A stretch of 64,000 bases of DNA from Macrostomum lignano (lineage: Eukaryota). Numbering within the stretch: the first letter of the stretch is position 1; each line of letters begins with the position of its first letter. The position numbers and the translations under genes were made by a program. The stretch is taken from assembly GCA_002269645.1 (NCBI GenBank), contig NIVC01002572.1, positions 31,846-95,845 on the forward strand, given 5' to 3'. Under the pieces are notes generated by a model. It was not told where the DNA came from, did not search any database, and saw nothing but the letters and a program-made list of their open reading frames with translations. Of this stretch, positions 57,280 to 64,000 are shown in pieces.

Positions 57280-58139
57280 AGAGGTGCAGTCGAAGATGCA
57301 TGTAAAAGAACCCCGTTTCTAAACCCTGCTTATCCAAAACCCTAATCCAACTGCTTGAACGATTTCCTTATGTAATATCCTCTGTAGTTTGCTCAAGAAA
57401 GCGGATATTAAAAACAAAATTCTGCTCACTGAAACTGTTTTAGCTAACGAAGAGTATCCTTTTCAAGCCGAAATATAAAAATCAGAGATATTATCATAAC
57501 GCGTCTATTTTATTTAGCTCAAATTTATTAGGAAAGCACAAATAAGTATTACATTTTGATTAAACTAGCTATTTCTATTGCTTGAGCGACCGGCCGATGA
57601 TAGGCAATAAATTCTAGCTTTAATATAATATTATTAATCAGTAAAAGTGGGGAAAAGACACAAAAAGTATTCTGTAAGAAATTCAAAGGAGAGGCGATAA
57701 GGTAAAAACAGGAGTTTGCAGTGTGTGATAAACTGTTAGCAAAAAGCAATTAGGAAAACTAATTTGACAGTTAATTAGGAACACGGGGAGTCCGGATGTA
57801 CTTTTAAGAGCTGTGCAATGAAATAGAAATTGAGTAAGGCGGCTGGGCTCAGTAAATCAGAAAATTGTCTTATTTAGCACAGGTAATTAAGTAAAACTAT
57901 GGAATTATTTGATTTTCAATTCATCCTAGCAGCTGGCAGGCGCTGCGTGTTTTGTGACGCATTAATAAATAAAAATCAATAGTGCAAGCAAAATTTGCTT
58001 CGCAACTACTTACAGTACGAGCTGTGGCCATTTCATCTGGCGTGTGCGAGCTGCGAGCTAAAGGAAAAATTCACCAGACTTTACTAACAGTAGGTACAGT
58101 AGGAATATCCAGCATTGTCCTGAGCTGCAGGCTTGTAGG

Positions 58140-58395
58140 GGCCATAATAATAATAGCAATTAATTACACCTGTGCTAATGGCCAGATGTGCAACCGACAG
58201 CTTATCCAAGGACGGGGGGGTCGCCACACTCACCCTCAATTACCCCAGCTAATGCTTGCAGCCATTTTACAGCTGGGTGAGCTGAAGCAATGCAGAGTTA
58301 AGTGTCTTGCTCAAGGACACAAATTGTTCCGAGTGGAGCCGAGAATCGAACCCTCGACCTTTCAGTCGTGAGTGCGACACTCTGAACACAGGCGG
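58140..58395 (-). mobile_element. tRNA-derived CORE-type SINE
   Basis: The minus strand reads a B-box GGGTTCGATTCTC, then TGTGTCCTTGAGCAAGACACTTAACTC...CAGCTCACCCAGCTGTAAAATGG, matching the CORE domain of MIR-like SINEs (GTGACCTTGGGCAAGTCACTTAACC...CTGTAAAATGG). (TAT)n-like tail near 58144-58155. A-box degenerate. Confidence 0.8.
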
Positions 58396-59169
58396 AACAG
58401 TGTACAAGAGGGGGCCGGAGCCCTGTGGTCAGCGTCCCAAGCTCGATTCCAAGTGCAGTCGCATTTATTTGAGGCTAAATTGGAATCTCAGCTTGGCTCT
58501 GCTCGTGCAACTAACGCCCAAGGCCTAACCATAAATACATTCAGGGCCGCTGTGCACTCTTGTGTGGGTCTGTGCCTGTGCGTGTGACTGCGTACGTATC
58601 CGCGCGCTTGTGTGCCTGCTCAGGGGGGGGGGCAGTAATGCCTCTCGCCGGTTGTGTGACAATGTCGCTTAAAGTGCGCCAGGGTTCCACATAGCCACAA
58701 ACAGTGCAAAACAAACTCGAACTCAGAGAAAAGCAAGTAAACACAGTGCAAAAGCAAAGTCATTAAGCGGTTAATAAGTCCAAGGCGAGAAAAGTAAGCT
58801 TGCTTTTAAACAGGTACACAGAAGCTGCAGAAAGGGTGGATTTGCCTTAGCAAAGAAAAGTCAATCACAGCAAGTTTTGTCCATCCAGTGTGTCACAGTT
58901 TGTCTGTTATGACAAAAAGTCAAATTGATAGAAATAAACCGGAGCCAAAATGCTCGCCGACAGGACAGCTGAGTGCTGCGCGCAAAAAATGAGTTCAACT
59001 GTAAACGCTTCGGCAAAGATCGGGAATCCCGTTCGCAGACGAATAACACTTACTATCGAACCGAAGCGCCAGCAGTGCATTACTAAGCTGGTTATACAAT
59101 AAACAGTGCCGAGTATGGACAAACCGACAGCTTAAGCACCGTTATAGAATAGAGAAGTTTAGAGTTTGT

Positions 59170-59590
59170 CGGGGAGCGAGTGTACATTGGGGTGGTTGGA
59201 GCGGAGAGGGCTTGAGGTGGACAGGGAGCGAGTGTACATTGGGGTGGTTGGAGCGGAGAGAGCAGGAGCTGGGCGGGGAGCGAGTGTACATTGGGGTGGT
59301 TGGAGCGGAGAGAGCAGGAGCTGGGCGGGGAGCGAGTGTACATTGGGGTGGTTGGAGCGGAGGGCAGGAGCTGGGCGGGGAGCGAGTGTACATTGGGGTG
59401 GTTGGAGCGGAGGGCAGGAGCTGGGCGGGGAGCGAGTGTACATTGGGGTGGTTGGAGCGGAGAGAGCAGGAGCTGGGCTGGGAGCGAGTGTACATTGGGG
59501 TGATTGGCAGAAGGGCAGGAGCTGGGGGGAGTGTACATTGGGGTGGTTGGAGCGGAGAGGGCAGGAGCCGGGGGGGGAGCGAGTTTACAT
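59170..59590. repeat. 50-52-bp minisatellite (GAGCGAGTGTACATTGGGGTGGTTGGAGCGG...), ~8 copies
   Basis: Tandem units downstream of the SPTLC2 stop codon. Confidence 0.92.
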
Positions 59591-59831
59591 TGGTAGGCCA
59601 GAGTGTGCCAGACTATCAAGTACGCCATGGACTCTAACTGCTTCCTATGCAGTTAAATTACGAGTTTTAAACTACGAGCGTAGTACATACGAATAATAAA
59701 TTTGCGGTGAACCTAATTGTAAAAAGCAAGCACGATAAGTACTAAAGGTCCAAAAGCAGGCTGTAAAAGTCATGTCTATAGATAAGCGTCTGTTTGTGAA
59801 CAGAGAGAAAATCTCCACCCAGTCGGGCCCG

Positions 59832-62800
59832 TCAGGAAGCGGCAGCCACGGCGGCCAGGTTGTCCTTCACTGCGGCGTCGTTTTCGTCGGCGACCTTATC
59901 TGGCGGGTCGCCACGGCATTCGACGGGACGACGGGGGACGGGGCCACCGTTGGCGGCCCCATGCGGCCGCCGCTGCTGGTCAACAAGCTTCAGCTGGGCC
60001 TCCGCCCACTCCCTGGTGATGCCGGCAGTCCAAGCTGGAGGCGGCCGCCTGCTGTACTTCATCAACAGCAGGCTGGTGACCTCATCGATAATCTGCACGC
60101 TGCGATCGATGATGTCGAGGCTGTGCGCGGCGGACAGGCAGAATCGAGCCCGGGACTCGATGATAGGCGTGGCCGGGTAGCCGACAACCACCGTGCCGAG
60201 GCCGCGCTTCAGCGTCTCCCGGCCGAAGGCGGCGATCTTGCCGGGCATGAAGATCATCACGGGCACCACCGGGCTGGTTCTGGGGCGGGCGGGAGTCAGC
60301 AGCTTTATATACTGCATAGAATAGTATTTTTAGCATATGGATTGCTGAATTGCCCGTGCTTCCCATGAGTAGGCAAATACTGTGCCTGTCTAATGTACTG
60401 TACCTGACTAATAATACTGTGCCTGACTAATAATACTGTACCTGTCCAATACCTGACTAATAATACTGTACCTGACTAATACCTGACTAATAATACTGTG
60501 CCTGACTAATACCTGACTAATAATACTGTGCCTGTCCAATACCTGACTAATAATACTGTACCTGACTAATACCTGACTAATAATACTGTACCTGTCCAAT
60601 ACCTGACTAATAATACTGTACCTGACTAATACCTGACTAATAATACTGTGTGCCTGACTAATACCTGACTAATAATACTGTGCCTGTCCAATACCTGACT
60701 AATAATACTGTACCTGACTAATACCTGACTAATAATACTGTGCCTGACTAATACCTGACTAATAATACTGTGCCTGTCCAATACCTGACTAATAATACTG
60801 TACCTGACTAGAAATTTTGAAATTATTAAGCAAATTTATAAGAGAGCTCGAACTCGCGACCGCCTACCCACCTGTGGCCATAGACAATAACGCCAAGCCG
60901 GTGCAGAGAGGCCCGGAAGTACTGCGTATTGACCTCCAGCTGCTTGAGCCGCCTGGCGCCCTCTCCGGGTGGGCCGGCCCGGCCCATCAACATCTGGAAG
61001 GCGGTGACCACCTGGGCGGCCACAGGGGCTGGCAGGGAGGCTCCGTAGAGGCCGCTGTGACTGCGCTGGCGCAGCAGCGCAACGAGGTGCTGGCTTCCGG
61101 CGATGTAACCGCCAGCTCCGCCGAAGCTCTTCGTGAAGGTGCCCATCAGGACGTCGACGTCTCTGGGATCGCAGCCGAAATAGTCCACTACGCCTCGGCC
61201 GTGAGGCCCCATGGCCCCGATGGAGTGCGCCTCGTCCAGGTACAAGTACGCTTTGTACTTCTTCTTCAAGGCGATTAGTTCCGGCAGCCGGGTGACACTG
61301 CCCTCCATGCTGTAGACGCCCTCCACCTGGGTTGGGAGGAACGGGAGCGACTGGCTTTTAAGTTCAACTGTACCGGTGTACCCTTACTCTGCACCGAAGT
61401 GGGCTCATGGGTTATCTAGACTGGACATCTGGGAACCGGAAGTGGGCTCATGGGTCATTCAGACTGGACATCTCACATCTGGAAACCGGAAGTCGGCCCA
61501 TGGGTCATCCGGACTGGACATCTGGAAACCGGAAGTGGGCCCATGGGTCATCTAGACTGGACATCTGGGAACCGGAAGTGGGCCCATGGGTCATCTAGAC
61601 TGGACATCTGGGAACCGAAGTGGCTCATGGGTCATTCAGACTGGACATCTCACATCTGGAAACCGGAAGTCGGCCCATGGGTCATCCGGACTGGACATCT
61701 GGAAACCGGAAGTGGGCCCATGGGTCATCTAGACTGGACATCTGGGAACCGAAAGTGGGCTCATGGGTCATCCACACTGGACATCTAGGAACCAGAAGTG
61801 GACTCATGGGTCATCCCCAATGGACACATGGAAACCGGAAGTAGGCTCATGGGTCATCTAGACTGGACATCTGGGAACCGGAAATGGGCTCATGGGTCAT
61901 CCACACTGGACATCTGGGAACCGGAAGTGGCCTCATGGGTCATCCACACTGGACATCCGGGAACCGGAATTGGGCTCATGGGTCATCCACACTGGACATC
62001 TGGGAACCGGAATTGGGCTCATGGGTCATCCACACTGGACATCCGGGAACCGGAATTGGGCTCATGGGTCATCCACACTGGACATCTGGGAACCGGAAGT
62101 GGGCTCATGGTAATCCACACTGGACATCTGGGAACCGAACACAGAATATTCTGTGGAACCGAAATTGGGCTCGTAGGTCATCCAGAACCATAGACAACAG
62201 GAATTGAGCTGGGTGAGACGAAGACTACCAAAAGCTCACCACAATAAGAATCTTTTTAAACGGTCGCCTAGTCCTATCCTGGCCATAGACAATGGCGTCC
62301 CTCAGCTTGGCCTCCACATCGGCTATGTCGTTATGCCTGAACACTTTGATCTTAGCGCCAGTGAGGCGGGCACCCAGCACCAGAGAGCTATGGTTGAGCT
62401 CGTCGGAGAGCACGCAGCAGCCTTTGCCAATGAGGGCTGGCATGTTCAAGGCGTTAGTGGCGAATCCCATCGGGAAGATGATGGCGTCCTCGGCGCCGAC
62501 AAACTCGGCCACAGTGGCTTCGAGCCGGGTGTGCAGGTCCAGGTTGCCGCCTCTGCGCGCGGGCTGCCGACTCCGCAGCCGAACGTCTCGGTGGCAGCGG
62601 CCGCGGCGTCGGCGCAGGGGCCGTCGGTCTCGGCGAAGCCCAGATAATTATAGCTGCCGAAGTTGATGGCCCGCGTGTGCGTGCCCGGGTACTCGAAGCT
62701 CCAGCCGTGGTCGGGGCTTTTCCGGTCGATCAGCTCAAACTCGGCGCCCGGGCAGGTGCGGATCGGCCGGTTCCAGCAGTCCCGGATTCGCCGGTACAAA

Positions 62801-63724
62801 TTGCGGGTGTAGAAGGACTCGAAGTTTTGGTAGAGCGGCACGAAGTCCTGAGGGATCGGGAGTGAAGGCTGCGATTTGAATTTCTTTTCTGGGGTCTTCT
62901 GATCGTTCGCTTTTACAAGCTTAAAACTTCATAAGGCCCCAGTGACTGAGATCCGCTCTCCAGTGTCTGAGATCCCCTCTCCAGTGTCTGAGATCCCCTC
63001 TCCCAGTGTCTGAGATCCCCTCTCCCAGTGTTTGAGATCCCCTCTCCTAGTGTCTTAGACTCCCTCCCAGTTTCTGAGATCTCGTCTCCCAGTGTGAATA
63101 TCCCCCCTCCCAGTTTCTGAGATCTCCTCTCCCAGTGTCTGAGATCCCCTCTCCCAGTGTCTGAGATCCCTTCCCAGTGTCTGAGATCCCCTCTCCTAGT
63201 GTCTTAGACTCCCTCCCAGTTTCTGAGATCTCGTCTCCCAGTGTGAATATCCCCCCTCCCAGTGTCTGAGATCCCCTCTCCCAGTGTCTGAGATCTCCCC
63301 TCTCAGAGTCTGAGATCCCCACTCCCAGTGTCTGAGATCCAAATACTCGGTCTCAGGCAAAGACTCTCAGACGGTTTAGATCCATCGAATTTTACTCAAA
63401 TTCTTATTGACACAAAAAAGTTCATTTGTGTCAAACATCAATTTGCTGTTTACTAGAGCTACATAGGGTTGAAACTATGAGTAATTTGGAGCAAGATAAA
63501 CGACGCACTACAATGTCAGAGATAGCAGCTTATCAAACAAAATCTACTGCGCACACCTTAGTCCTGGCCGGCTCAGTGGCAATCAGGTTCTTCTCGAAGC
63601 CATGGTTTCTTTTAGAAAATCGCGCATGTGGCCAAACACGGCCAACATGACGTAGCCAATGTAAGGTGATGATGGCCACAACATAGGGTGTGGGTTCAAA
63701 TTGCTCTTCGTGCTCTACTGACAT
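59832..63724 (-). CDS. SPTLC2: Serine palmitoyltransferase subunit 2 (LCB2)
   Basis: Exons 63724-63557, 62847-62240, 61326-60872 and 60279-59832. Motifs: [75 protein letters not shown], the PLP-lysine motif GTFTKSFG, and [20 protein letters not shown]. Frameshift at ~62549-62550 plus compensating shifts in exon 1. The N-terminus may extend upstream. Confidence 0.95.
60375..60810. repeat. Minisatellite built from ACCTGACTAAT / AATACTGT modules (~30-bp period), SPTLC2 intron 3
   Basis: On the gene (minus) strand the units repeatedly read CAG|GTAC and CAG|GTAT. Confidence 0.9.
61395..62190. repeat. ~43-bp minisatellite (GACTGGACATCTGGGAACCGGAAGTGGGCTCATGGGTCATC..), SPTLC2 intron 2
   Basis: About 18 degenerate units. 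Confidence 0.92.
62945..63340. repeat. ~22-bp minisatellite CCAGTGTCTGAGATCCCCTCTC, SPTLC2 intron 1
   Basis: About 17 degenerate units. Confidence 0.9.
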
Positions 63725-64000
63725 CTTTGGGGGCTGCAGATTTAGTTGCAATTTGAGTCTGTTGTGATTCAAAATCAAATGCATTTGACCTGAATATTCA
63801 GGGTTTCATCGGACATTTTTTAACTACTAGTATTGCTAATGCACCTTTCAAAATAGCAAAACTTGCGAATTCACAAACATTGTTACATCAAATTGCAGTA
63901 CAATTTTTGAATTGATTAAATTTTTAGCACCAAAACTTTATTAAAAAAAATTTAATAGATAAGAAGTATTACATATTTATTAGAATGTTTCATCTAAAAA

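Overview
Eukaryotic (invertebrate animal) genomic DNA with spliceosomal introns, GC-rich codons and very dense simple satellites. The style suggests a Macrostomum-like flatworm (inference only). Five protein genes were reconstructed by hand from GT-AG boundaries: a Sur1/Csh1-type GT32 glycosyltransferase (-, disrupted), Pur-alpha (+, intact, 262 aa), a PHTF-family membrane protein (+, ~16-20 kb, with an unexplained N-terminal extension), a DGAT2/MOGAT acyltransferase (+, with a ~290-aa acidic repeat N-terminus) and serine palmitoyltransferase LCB2/SPTLC2 (-). Mobile DNA: RTE-like LINE fragments, a Crypton relic, two hAT non-autonomous elements with 8-bp TSDs, an unclassified TIR element, a Harbinger-type MITE, a CORE-type tRNA SINE, and a head-to-tail pair of Lep1-like non-autonomous Helitrons. 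Most long ORFs in the supplied track are translations of tandem repeats. Main observations: (i) several intronic satellites start at, or copy, the 5' splice site of their own intron, giving arrays of donor-like sites; (ii) four of five genes carry small frame-disrupting indels at conserved positions; (iii) the Helitron 3' end may supply a splice acceptor and ATG context for the PHTF gene; (iv) an 8.1-kb intronic satellite has a 3,183-bp higher-order repeat. No CRISPR, rRNA or true tRNA genes were found. All family assignments are from recalled motifs; no database searches were run.
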